A stretch of DNA of 64,000 bases from an uncultured Chloroflexia bacterium. Its GTDB lineage: Bacteria > Chloroflexota > Chloroflexia > Thermomicrobiales > UBA6265. The notes under the pieces are model-generated. The model was not told the origin of the DNA. It was given only the letters and a program-made list of their open reading frames with translations, and made no database searches. The stretch covers positions 64,001 to 128,000 of the forward strand of contig CAVRUC010000010.1 in NCBI GenBank assembly GCA_963724295.1, in the 5' to 3' direction. The translations under genes and the position numbers were made by a program. Positions 39,462 to 48,821 of this stretch are shown piece after piece (position 1 is the stretch's first letter; every line of letters starts with the position of its first letter).

Positions 39462-41689
39462 CGGGCAGCCGTTCCCAACTTCAGCGTGCTCGAAGCGGCG
39501 GGATCAGCCTCCAGCGCATCTTTGGCCGACGCCGTATCGACCGAAACTGGATAGCGACCCGTGAGGCACCCGAGGCATCGATTCCGCTCCCCCGCCGCGC
39601 GCAGCAGCCCCTCGAGACTGAGATAGCCGAGGGTATCGGCCCCGAGATGGCGGCGAATCTCCTCCAGATCGCGGCCATGGGCAATCAGACTCTCACGAAG
39701 CCCCATGTCGATCCCGAAGTGACAGGTGTGGGCGATCGGCGGCGCCGAGATGCGGAGGTGGATCGCCGTGGCGCCGCCCCGCCGCAGCAGATCGACGATC
39801 TGCGGCATGGTGTTGCCACGAACGATGCTGTCGTCGACGATCACCACCCGCTTGTCCTTCACCGCACCTCGTAGGGGGTTGAACTTGAGCCGGATCCCGG
39901 ATTGGCGCGAGTGCTGGTCGGGCTGGATAAAGGTGCGGCCGACATAGCGGTTCTTCACCAACCCCTCGCTCAGGGGCAGGTCCATCTCCTGGGCATAGCC
40001 GATAGCCGCCGGTACGCCGGAATCAGGGACTCCGATGACCAGGTCCGCCTGCGCCGGATGCTCCCTGGCCAGCTCGCGGCCCATCGCCACTCGCGCCTCG
40101 AAGGCCGTCTGACCGTCGAGCACGCTGTCGGGCCGGGCAAAGTAGATCTGCTCGAAGACACACAGCGCTGGTCGCGGCGGGTTCTCCATTAGGTCGGAAC
40201 GGAGGCCGGCATCGTCGAGCCGGAGAATCTCGCCCGGCTGCACATCGCGCACCAGCTCGGCCCCGACGGTGTCGAGCGCGCAGCTCTCGGAGGCGACCAG
40301 CCAGTGGTCGTCGCGCCAACCGAGGCACAGCGGGCGCAGGCCGTGTGGGTCGCGAACGGCGAAAAGCGCGTCGTTGGTGAGGATGGTGAGTGAGTACGCC
40401 CCGGAGGCCAGCTCCATCATGCGTCGGATGCGCTCTTCCCAGGTTCCCTGCCCGTGCAGGATCAAGAGTGCCAGCAGCTCGCTGTCGGAACCAGTCACCG
40501 GCTCGACGCCACGCTCCCGCACCAACCGGCGCAGCTCCAGAGCATTGACGATGTTGCCGTTGTGTCCCAGCGCCAGCGCCTGACCATCCGACTCGACCAG
40601 GATCGGTTGCGCGTTCTCGATGCGCGAGCTGCCGGTCGTGGAGTACCGCGTGTGGCCGATGGCGCCGATACCGGTCAGGGCGTCGACCTCATCAGGGCGG
40701 AAGATCTGGTCGACCCGGCCCATGCCGAGCGACACCGCGATCCGGCCGTCCTGCAGCACGGCGACACCCGCACTCTCCTGCCCCCGGTGCTGCAATGCCA
40801 TCAGCCCGATCAACGTCGTGCGCCCGACATCAGTCCCTTCGGCCCATATGCCGAAGACCCCGCAGGCCTCACGCGGCTTGTCGTCGCCAGGGTCAGACGC
40901 GGGCGCCAGCGCATTGGCAAACTCGTCGCTGAGGGCCGCGACTTGCTGATACTTGGTCAGGACGCCGCGCAGTGCCTCGTCGGTCACCTCGGTCGTGTCG
41001 CGGTAGACCTGCTTGTCGAGCATGGCCTCCTTCCGCCCACCCGGCCAGATGCGCCAGGAGTCGTTATCGATCACGTCGGCCACAAGCAACTTGCCTGCGA
41101 CGTCTCGTCCGAACTCGATCTTGAGGTCGACGAGTTGCACATCCTGCTTCGCCCAGGCGGCCTCTAGCGTCTGGAAAACCTGCCGGCCAATGTCGGTGAG
41201 GCGGTCGATCTCGTCCGCCGTCGCCACGCCATGGGCCACGATCCAGTCCGCGTCGACGAGTGGGTCGTGATTGGCGTCATCCTTGAAGAAGAGCTCGACC
41301 ACCGTCGGGTCGAATCGGGTGCCTTCCGGCACGTCGTTGCGCTTCAGATAAGAACCGGTGGCGATGCGTCGCATCACCACCTCGAGCGGAATCATGTCGC
41401 AGCGGCGAACGATCATCTCGTCAGCGGCGGGGGCGTCGATGAAATGGGTCGGGATGCCGGACGCGCGAAGATGCCGGAAGACGTTGCTCGTGGTCCGTCC
41501 ACTGAGCGCGCCTTTGCCCGGCAACTGATCGCGGCGAGCGCCGTCTCCGGCCGTAATGTCGTCCTTGTGGACGATGACTGCCTGCGCCGGATTCGCGGGG
41601 TCGGCGTAGACGACTTTGGTCTTCCCTTCGGCCAGGCGCTGTCCGCGCGCGACCTCGCGTTCGCCACCCATTCGCACCTCCACCCTCAT
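39458..41689 (-). CDS. purC-purF: SAICAR synthetase (PurC) in frame with amidophosphoribosyltransferase (PurF)
   Basis: Residues 1-260: AEGKTK, DLKIEFG, DVIDNDSWRIW, DKQVYRD. From Cys276: CGVFG, LQHRGQES, GHTRYSTTG, VDDSIVRG. Confidence 0.85.
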   Translation of the reverse strand: MRVEVRMGGEREVARGQRLAEGKTKVVYADPANPAQAVIVHKDDITAGDGARRDQLPGKGALSGRTTSNVFRHLRASGIPTHFIDAPAADEMIVRRCDMIPLEVVMRRIATGSYLKRNDVPEGTRFDPTVVELFFKDDANHDPLVDADWIVAHGVATADEIDRLTDIGRQVFQTLEAAWAKQDVQLVDLKIEFGRDVAGKLLVADVIDNDSWRIWPGGRKEAMLDKQVYRDTTEVTDEALRGVLTKYQQVAALSDEFANALAPASDPGDDKPREACGVFGIWAEGTDVGRTTLIGLMALQHRGQESAGVAVLQDGRIAVSLGMGRVDQIFRPDEVDALTGIGAIGHTRYSTTGSSRIENAQPILVESDGQALALGHNGNIVNALELRRLVRERGVEPVTGSDSELLALLILHGQGTWEERIRRMMELASGAYSLTILTNDALFAVRDPHGLRPLCLGWRDDHWLVASESCALDTVGAELVRDVQPGEILRLDDAGLRSDLMENPPRPALCVFEQIYFARPDSVLDGQTAFEARVAMGRELAREHPAQADLVIGVPDSGVPAAIGYAQEMDLPLSEGLVKNRYVGRTFIQPDQHSRQSGIRLKFNPLRGAVKDKRVVIVDDSIVRGNTMPQIVDLLRRGGATAIHLRISAPPIAHTCHFGIDMGLRESLIAHGRDLEEIRRHLGADTLGYLSLEGLLRAAGERNRCLGCLTGRYPVSVDTASAKDALEADPAASSTLKLGTAAR

Positions 41690-42708
41690 GCTGCCAGCCC
41701 CAGCAAGCGCACCGCGGCATCATCGCGGCGCGGAACGACCTCTCCAATGACGACCGCCTCGGGCACGACCCCGGTTACCTCCTCGACGTGCCGCGCTGGT
41801 ACGATCCCGACCAGACCAATCCCCATGTTGAATACCCGGTACATCTCGTCCGGGAGGACGGCCCCCTCACGAGCGATGCGCCTGAAAATGGCGGGAGGAT
41901 GCCACGTCGTGGTGTCGATCTCGGCCGTGAGATCGCCGGGTACGACGCGAGCGACATTCTCCGGGAACCCTCCGCCGGTGATGTGGGCGAAGCCGCGCGC
42001 GCCAACGCCGATGAGCCGCTGGATCTCAGCCAGGTACGAGCGATGTGGGGCAAGTAACGCGTCGCCGACCGTCGTGTTCAGCTCCGGATCGAAGTCACCC
42101 CATGTTGCCGGTGGCAACGCGCGTCGGGCAAGGCTGTAGCCATTGGTGTGCAAACCGGTCGACGGCAGGCCGATCAGCATGTCACCCGCGGCCGGCGCAC
42201 CGTTGGCGCCAATCGTGGCGCGGTCCATGACACCGACCACGAACCCGGCCAGATCGAACTCGCCGGGCGGGTAGACATCGGGCATCTCGGCCGTTTCCCC
42301 GCCCAACAGTGAGCAACCGGCCGCTGCGCAGGCGTCCGCGACACCCGCGACAATGGCCGTGACCAGGTCCGGATCGGCTCGGTGCTGCGCCAGGTAATCG
42401 AGGAAAAAGAGCGGTCGCGCCCCCTGGACCGCGATATCGTTGACGCAGTGGTTGACGATGTCCGTGCCGAGCGAGTCGTAGCGACCGAGCGCCGCGGCGA
42501 TCTTGACCTTGGTGCCGATGCCATCGGTGGAGGCCACGAGCACCGGGTCGCGGAATTCGCCGGCCGCGCCGAGGCGGAACATGCCGCCGAAGGCCCCCAC
42601 GTCGGCCAGCACCCCAACCCCACGCGCCCGCGCGACGATCTCCTCCAGGCGCTCGGTCGTCCGCCGCGCGTCGTCCAGATGAATGCCGATCTCCGCGTAG
42701 GTGGCCAT
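41686..42708 (-). CDS. purM: AIR synthetase
   Basis: STDGIGTK, GGETAEMP, GLHTNGYSL, HITGGG, FNMGIG. Confidence 0.96.
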   Translation of the reverse strand: MATYAEIGIHLDDARRTTERLEEIVARARGVGVLADVGAFGGMFRLGAAGEFRDPVLVASTDGIGTKVKIAAALGRYDSLGTDIVNHCVNDIAVQGARPLFFLDYLAQHRADPDLVTAIVAGVADACAAAGCSLLGGETAEMPDVYPPGEFDLAGFVVGVMDRATIGANGAPAAGDMLIGLPSTGLHTNGYSLARRALPPATWGDFDPELNTTVGDALLAPHRSYLAEIQRLIGVGARGFAHITGGGFPENVARVVPGDLTAEIDTTTWHPPAIFRRIAREGAVLPDEMYRVFNMGIGLVGIVPARHVEEVTGVVPEAVVIGEVVPRRDDAAVRLLGLAA

Positions 42709-42711
42709 CGC

Positions 42712-43494
42712 TCAGCCTCGCGCCATGCGCACGGCATTGGTGAATATCGTGAGCCCCGCGCCGTCCTGTCGTCCCGCCGGCGCTTGACCGGTCGAGACAT
42801 TGCGCTCCGGGTGCGGCATCAGTCCCAGCACGTTGCCCGCCGCATTGGTCAGCGCGGCGACCGCCGCATCAGAGCCGTTTGGGTTGACCGGATAACCGCC
42901 AGGATTTCCATCCGCGTCGCAATAGACGAGGCCGAGCTCACCGCGCGCTTCCAGCCCCGCCAGGCTGGCCGGGTCCTTGGCGACGAAGCGTCCTTCGCCA
43001 TGCCCGATCGGCATCGCGATGCGATCGATGCCGTCAACGAGGGGGCTCCGCGCGTTATCCGGGCGCCGCGTCCAGATCCAACGACATTCGAAGTGACCCG
43101 AGGCATTCGGGGCGAGCCCACCACCAGTGAGCAGCCCCAGCCGGAGCAGCGCCTGGAAGCCGTTGCAGATACCAAGCACCGGCCGGCCACTTGCGACGAA
43201 CCGGTCGAGCGCATCACGCACGGCCTCCAGGCGGTGTGCCCAGAGCGTGCCCGCACCGAGATGGTCACCGAACGAGAAGCCGCCAGGAAGCACGACCAAG
43301 CCAAAATCGTCGAGATCGCGCGCGGCCGCCAGCAAGCGCTCCAGGTGCACCGATTCGACGTCGGCGCCGGCCAGCTCCAGCGCGATGACAGTCTCGCGGT
43401 CGCAGTTCGTGCCGGGCGCACGCATCACCAAAGCGCGCGGGCGCGATCGCAAGCGGGTCGAGCCTGCTCGGGGACGGTTGGCAACCGCGCTCAT
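42712..43494 (-). CDS. purQ: FGAM synthase glutaminase subunit
   Basis: PGTNCD, PGGFSFGD, GICNGFQ, MPHPER. Confidence 0.95.
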   Translation of the reverse strand: MSAVANRPRAGSTRLRSRPRALVMRAPGTNCDRETVIALELAGADVESVHLERLLAAARDLDDFGLVVLPGGFSFGDHLGAGTLWAHRLEAVRDALDRFVASGRPVLGICNGFQALLRLGLLTGGGLAPNASGHFECRWIWTRRPDNARSPLVDGIDRIAMPIGHGEGRFVAKDPASLAGLEARGELGLVYCDADGNPGGYPVNPNGSDAAVAALTNAAGNVLGLMPHPERNVSTGQAPAGRQDGAGLTIFTNAVRMARG

Positions 43495-46397
43495 TTGGCG
43501 ACCTCCGACAACGGCGCCTGCCAGCGCGAGCGCAGCGCGTCGATATGCGCGTCGATTGCCGCTCCGCCGTCTCCCAGGACTTGAAGTCGAGGCGAGTCGA
43601 GCACCCGTCCGATCCTCGCGTGTGGTATCCGCCCCAGCAGTGTCTCCAGCGCCGGAGCATCGGCCGGGGTGACCTCGATGAGGAACCGGGTCGGTGACTC
43701 GGCAAAGAGTCTCGTGCTGGCGGCGAGTCCGGGTTCGGCCACCGGGACATCTCGCACGTCGATTTCCAACCCATGGCCGCCCGCAATCGCCATCTCAGCC
43801 GCGGCGACCGCAAGTCCGCCTTCGCTCAGGTCATGACAGGCCTGGATGAGCCCCTTGCGATTGGCACGGTAGATCGCACTGAAGACGCGCCGCGCGGAGG
43901 AGAGATGCACGACCGGCGCTCTGCCTTCCTGTTGGCCGATCAGGCGCTGCGCGAGGGAGCCGCCGAGATCATCACCGGTGAGTCCGACGAGGTAGACAAG
44001 GTTCCCAGGTCGTTTGAGATACATCGACGAGACGCGGCGCGTATCGGGCACGATGCCGATGGCGGAGATGAGGAGCGTCCCGGGGATTGGCCGAGAGCTT
44101 CCGTCCGCCAGCCGGTACTCGTTGAAGAGGGAGTCCTTCCCCGAGATGAACGGCAGGCGGAGGGCTATCGCGGCATCGTGACACCCCTGTGCGGCCCGCA
44201 CGAGACCGCCGAGGCGATCGGGCAGATTCGGGTTGCCCCAGCAGAAGTTGTCGAGGATGGCCGTCCGCGCCGGATCCGCTCCGACGGCGACGACGTTGCG
44301 CAGCGCCTCGTCGACGGCGAGCAGCGCCATCGCGTAGGGATCGATCTCGCCATACCAGGGATTGATGCCGCAGCCGACAGCCACCCCACGCCACGAGCGC
44401 GCCACCGGTCGCAGCACCGCGGCATCGGCAGGACCGATGTCTTCAGGCCCGACGAACGGTTTGCCGACGGTTCGGCCCTGCACCTCATGGTCGTACTGGC
44501 GGACGATCGGCTCTTTGGAAGCGACATTGGCCTCGGCCAGGGCTCGCTCCAGCAACTCGCCCGGGTCGATTCCGGTCGGGAGCCCCGGTGACGGTTCGAC
44601 GAACCGCGGCGCCCAGAAGCTCTCCAGTTCACGCGACGGCATGCCATCGTGGAGGAACGCGCAATCGAGATCGGCGACCACGACGCCGTCGTAGCGGACC
44701 CGCAGCCGGCCGTCGCCCGTGAAGCGACCGATCGCCGTGGCCTCGACACCTTCGCCGGCAAAGATCTCCCGCAACGCTGGCCAGCTCTCGGGCGGCACCG
44801 CGAGCACCATTCGCTCCTGAGATTCGGAGAGCCAGATCTCCCACGGTCTCAGACCGTCGTACTTGAGGGGGACACACGCCAGCTCGACGTCGGCCCCCAG
44901 CTCGCTCGCCATCTCACCGACCGCCGACGAGAGCCCGCCCGCCCCGCAATCGGTGATCGCGCTGTAGAGCCCGAGATCCCGCGCGCGCGGCAAGGCGTCG
45001 GCCAGGCGCTTTTCGACGATGGGATCGCCAATCTGGACGACACTGCCAAGCTCCGCGTGACTGGCCCCCAGCACGTCGGACGAGAACGTCGCGCCGTGGA
45101 TGCCATCACGCCCGGCGCGCCCCCCCGCGACGACAATCAGGTCCCCAGCTCGCGGCTGCGTGGGGCGGCGACCGCGCGGCGCCAGACCGACCGTGCCACA
45201 GAAGACGAGCGGATTCGCCACGTAGCCCTGGTCGAACAAGGTCGCGCCGTTGACGGTCGGGATACCCATCTTGTTGCCGTAGTCGGCGATGCCAGCCACT
45301 ACACCCGCGTAGACGCGCTCCGGTGGCAGGGTTCCCGGAGGGAGTGTGTCAGCCGGTGTATCGAGCGGGCCGAAACAAAGGACATCGGTGTTGGCGATCG
45401 GCTCGGCTGAGACCCCGAGCACGTCGCGCACTACCCCACCCACCCCGGTATTCGCGCCGCCGAACGGCTCCAGGGCGCTGGGATGATTGTGGGTCTCGAC
45501 CTTGAAGGAGATCTCGTGGTCGCGATCGAAGGCGATGACACCGGCATTGTCGCGAAACGCCGAGAGCACCCAGGACCGGTTCACTTCGTCGGTGGCCGCC
45601 ATGATCGTACTCTTCAGGAGACCGGGGATCTGGAGCTCCCGCACGCCTGGCTCGCGGTGCCGGATCGTCGCCTTGAATGTCCGGTGCGCGCAGTGCTCCG
45701 ACCAGGTCTGGGCGATCATCTCCAACTCGACGTCAGTCGGGTCGCGCTTCTGCGTCGCATAGTGGTCGCGCACAGCCTCCAGATCCTGCAACGGGAGGGA
45801 GAGCAGCTTCCGCGCGCCGAGGTCCTGGAGCGCGGCGGCATCGAGTCCTCGTAATGGGATCGTCTCGACCGTGGGATCGGGTGACGCATCCGGCATGAAG
45901 GCCCCGCTCCACCAGTCGAGGTCGGCCGGACACGACGCGGGTCGCCAGGCCACGCTCTCGACCACGGCGTGCGCGAGCCGGCGTGCCGCGGCAGCGACAG
46001 CGGCCGGCTCGACAACGCCGTAGAGGTGATAGCGGTGCCCGGCTCTGGCGCGCAGTTCCGGAAATCCATCACGGGCGAGCGCCTCGGCCAGACTATCGCC
46101 CTCGGCGTCGGTCACTCCAGGGTGAGGGAGAATCTCGATCAGCCAGTGGTATTCATCATCTGGATGTGGAAAAGAGACGCCTCTGGGTTCGGCGATTACC
46201 GGGTCGACGCAGAGATCGCGCACAACCGCGTGCAGTCGTGGAGATTGCGGACCGGCGACGAGGTAGAGGCGGCCATGGGTCACACCGGCTGGGTGCGTCC
46301 CGAGGTCGCACAGGATCTGCCGGAGTACGCGGGCGTGAGGATCGACGTCCTGGTCCTGGGGAACGACCTCAAGCGCCCAGACCGCGTCCGCAGACAT
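43491..46397 (-). CDS. purL: FGAM synthase subunit PurL with N-terminal PurS-like extension
   Basis: QTWSEHC, KVETHNHPS, DCGAGG, SESQERM, SGKDS, HDLSEGG. About 170 extra N-terminal residues (HPGVTDAEG). Confidence 0.95.
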   Translation of the reverse strand: MSADAVWALEVVPQDQDVDPHARVLRQILCDLGTHPAGVTHGRLYLVAGPQSPRLHAVVRDLCVDPVIAEPRGVSFPHPDDEYHWLIEILPHPGVTDAEGDSLAEALARDGFPELRARAGHRYHLYGVVEPAAVAAAARRLAHAVVESVAWRPASCPADLDWWSGAFMPDASPDPTVETIPLRGLDAAALQDLGARKLLSLPLQDLEAVRDHYATQKRDPTDVELEMIAQTWSEHCAHRTFKATIRHREPGVRELQIPGLLKSTIMAATDEVNRSWVLSAFRDNAGVIAFDRDHEISFKVETHNHPSALEPFGGANTGVGGVVRDVLGVSAEPIANTDVLCFGPLDTPADTLPPGTLPPERVYAGVVAGIADYGNKMGIPTVNGATLFDQGYVANPLVFCGTVGLAPRGRRPTQPRAGDLIVVAGGRAGRDGIHGATFSSDVLGASHAELGSVVQIGDPIVEKRLADALPRARDLGLYSAITDCGAGGLSSAVGEMASELGADVELACVPLKYDGLRPWEIWLSESQERMVLAVPPESWPALREIFAGEGVEATAIGRFTGDGRLRVRYDGVVVADLDCAFLHDGMPSRELESFWAPRFVEPSPGLPTGIDPGELLERALAEANVASKEPIVRQYDHEVQGRTVGKPFVGPEDIGPADAAVLRPVARSWRGVAVGCGINPWYGEIDPYAMALLAVDEALRNVVAVGADPARTAILDNFCWGNPNLPDRLGGLVRAAQGCHDAAIALRLPFISGKDSLFNEYRLADGSSRPIPGTLLISAIGIVPDTRRVSSMYLKRPGNLVYLVGLTGDDLGGSLAQRLIGQQEGRAPVVHLSSARRVFSAIYRANRKGLIQACHDLSEGGLAVAAAEMAIAGGHGLEIDVRDVPVAEPGLAASTRLFAESPTRFLIEVTPADAPALETLLGRIPHARIGRVLDSPRLQVLGDGGAAIDAHIDALRSRWQAPLSEVAK

Positions 46398-46516
46398 GTC
46401 CCCCCTTGTAATCGGGGCCGCTGCGCGGGGCCACCGGATCCACGCGGCAAGCGACCGCGAGGCGAGTGACTGGCGGACCGTTCACTCCTGGAATCGGTCA
46501 CCCGGTGTCGCCACCC

Positions 46517-46546
46517 AGCCTAGCGGAGATCGTACGTACAGTGCAA
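46517..46546 (-). promoter_or_regulatory. Candidate promoter of the pur operon
   Basis: TTGCAC, 18 nt spacer containing the palindrome GTACGTAC, TAGGCT. Confidence 0.45.
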
Positions 46547-46669
46547 GGCTCAGCGGTCCATTCCCACTCAATGTAGGACTCTCGGCGGGGCAACGAGCAG
46601 AGTCGGGCCATCCCGGCGTGGGGAACAGATCCAACCGACGGTGCGGCGATTCACCGTTGAGGATTCAGC

Positions 46670-47677
46670 CTACCGGAACGCCTCTATGAGGGCGCGGATC
46701 TCCTGAGGACGGGTTCCGCAGCAGCCGCCGATGATCTGGAACCCTTCCTCCCTCCACCTGCGAGCGTGGGTGACAAACGCATCGGTCCCCGGTACGGTCG
46801 ACCAGTCCCACTCGTAGCGCAGGTACGTCCCCCAATTCGGGTACGCGCCGAGCGGGAGGGCGGTGTACTGCCGCAGCCAGGACGCGACGCCATGGACGAG
46901 GTCCGGGGGCAGGCAATTGACGAGGACGGCGCTGGCGCCCATCTCCTCGAAGCGGTGGGCAGCGCGACCGAAGCGGTCGCCATCGTCAAGAATGGTCTCC
47001 CCGTCGACCCCAACGATCTTGCCGACCGTGCGCCGGTAGGAGATCCAGAGGGGAATCCCCGTATCGAGGAAGAGCTGGTAGTCGGGAAACTCGAGATCCT
47101 CCGGGATCTCCTTCTGAATCTCCATCAGGACCACGTCGGGGGTGTGCTCGGCGTCGGCGGTGGCAAGAACCTCGGCCAGGGGTTTCAGATACCGCTCGAG
47201 GTCGAGCGGCACATAGGTCCCAACGTAGTCGCGCGCTTCCTCTTGCTGCGCGGGCGGCCAGTCCTGCGTCCGACACGCGAAGGCGACGATGGCGTCACTG
47301 CGGCCGGCTAGGGCAGCGCCTTCACGCACGAGGCGGACGGAATCGAGCGCCATCCGTTTCCACTCGTCCTGCGGCAGGTCAAGGCGGCCGTCCGCAATTG
47401 CCGCGAAGATGCGATTGAGGGCGAAGGTGTGGGTTTCCAGGACATCGGCCCCGGTGGCCGCGTACCGGCGGTGGACCTCGACGAGCTTCTCCGGCGCCTC
47501 GCGAATGGCCAGCGAACCCCACGTGTAGTTGTTCGGGCGGTCGGCCACCTGCTCCGGATAGCCGACCTGTTGCAGCTCAGAGCCAATGCCGCCGTCGAGG
47601 ACGACTACCCCACCGGCCCGCAATCGTTCGTCAACCCGGCGATAGGCCGCGGTCATGGCGCTCGTGGCCGCCTGCAT
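46670..47677 (-). CDS. Homocysteine S-methyltransferase family protein
   Basis: VLDGGIGSEL, VHRRYAATGADV, VNC, AYPN, IIGGCCGT (Zn ligands). Confidence 0.88.
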   Translation of the reverse strand: MQAATSAMTAAYRRVDERLRAGGVVVLDGGIGSELQQVGYPEQVADRPNNYTWGSLAIREAPEKLVEVHRRYAATGADVLETHTFALNRIFAAIADGRLDLPQDEWKRMALDSVRLVREGAALAGRSDAIVAFACRTQDWPPAQQEEARDYVGTYVPLDLERYLKPLAEVLATADAEHTPDVVLMEIQKEIPEDLEFPDYQLFLDTGIPLWISYRRTVGKIVGVDGETILDDGDRFGRAAHRFEEMGASAVLVNCLPPDLVHGVASWLRQYTALPLGAYPNWGTYLRYEWDWSTVPGTDAFVTHARRWREEGFQIIGGCCGTRPQEIRALIEAFR

Positions 47678-47824
47678 GGCACATCCCTTCTCGACGGCGA
47701 TCCGCGTTTCACGCCAGAGCCAGCGTCCCAGCGAGCGCCCATGGTATCAGGCCTGTCATTCCCGCAGGTTGAAAGCACTGGCGAGTCCTCGGTGACGGTT
47801 TCCCGGCCTTGCCGATGAAGGGGA

Positions 47825-48589
47825 TCACGGCATGAAGAGACCGCCGTCGACGGTGAGGGTATGTCCGGTGATGAAGCCGGCGTCCGGGCCAATCAGAAAC
47901 GCGACCGCGCCGGCGACATCCTCCGGGGTGCCGAATCTGTTCAGCGGCGTCCGCTCCAGGATCGTCGCTTTGGTGTCATCGGGGAGACCAGCCGTCATGC
48001 GCGTGTCGATGAACCCGGGGGCGATGGCGTTGACCGTGATGCCGCGCGAGCCGACCTCTTTGGCCAGCGACTTGGTGAACCCGATCAGGCCGGCTTTTGC
48101 CGCCGCGTAGTTCGCCTGTCCGGCATTGCCGACCTGCCCGACGACGGAGGAGATGTTGACGATGCGACCAGATCGCTGCCGCAGCATCGGCCGGATCGCC
48201 GCCTTGGAGGTCAGAAACGCCCCTTTGAGGTTGGTCGTGAGGACGTCGTCCCAATCCTCGTCGTTCATGCGCATGAGCAGCGTGTCACGGGTGATACCCG
48301 CGTTGTTGACCAGCACGTCGAGACGGCCCAGCTGCTGCATCGCCGCTTCGATGGCCGCCCCCGCGCCGTCGGCAGTCGAGATATCGGCCGCGATAGCCTC
48401 CACCTGACGATCGCTACCGGACAACTCGCTCTTCGCCGCCTCGGCCGCCTCTGCATCACCCTTGTAGGTGAGCAACACGTCATAGCCGTCCGCGACGAGC
48501 CGCCTGGCGACGGCCAGACCGATCCCGCGCGTGCCACCGGTGATGACCGCCACTCCCGCTCGCTGGTCTCCGCTCGCCTCGCCCATCAT
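47825..48589 (-). CDS. fabG: 3-oxoacyl-ACP reductase
   Basis: TGGTRGIG, NNAGITRD, GNAGQANYAAAKAG. Confidence 0.95.
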   Translation of the reverse strand: MMGEASGDQRAGVAVITGGTRGIGLAVARRLVADGYDVLLTYKGDAEAAEAAKSELSGSDRQVEAIAADISTADGAGAAIEAAMQQLGRLDVLVNNAGITRDTLLMRMNDEDWDDVLTTNLKGAFLTSKAAIRPMLRQRSGRIVNISSVVGQVGNAGQANYAAAKAGLIGFTKSLAKEVGSRGITVNAIAPGFIDTRMTAGLPDDTKATILERTPLNRFGTPEDVAGAVAFLIGPDAGFITGHTLTVDGGLFMP

Positions 48590-48659
48590 TCGAATCTCCT
48601 CTTTCGCGCTCCAGTTTCGTACGTCGATGGACGTCAGGAGGGCCCGGAGACCGACGGCC

Positions 48660-48779
48660 GTAGGGGCGACGCCCGCGTCGCCCGCGGTCCCGACCGGCTG
48701 GTAGCCGGATGTGGAACATGTCGCTACAACGCTAACGTACCTGGCGAATCGACACGGGCGACGCAGGCGTCGCCCCTAC
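48660..48779. repeat. GTAG-family REP doublet (REPIN-like)
   Basis: GTAGGGGCGACGCCCGCGTCGCCC (48660-48683) and the inverted copy GGGCGACGCAGGCGTCGCCCCTAC (48756-48779). Confidence 0.8.
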
Positions 48780-48821
48780 AAGCGTTGTACTCGGACACGC
48801 CGCCGTCCCCTCAGCATCGAC

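Noticed and set aside
46464..46480. ZMP/ZTP riboswitch (GTGACTGGCGGA-like string)
   Set aside because: It lies on the strand opposite to purL and lacks the downstream GGGGAGC and CGCCUGGG elements.
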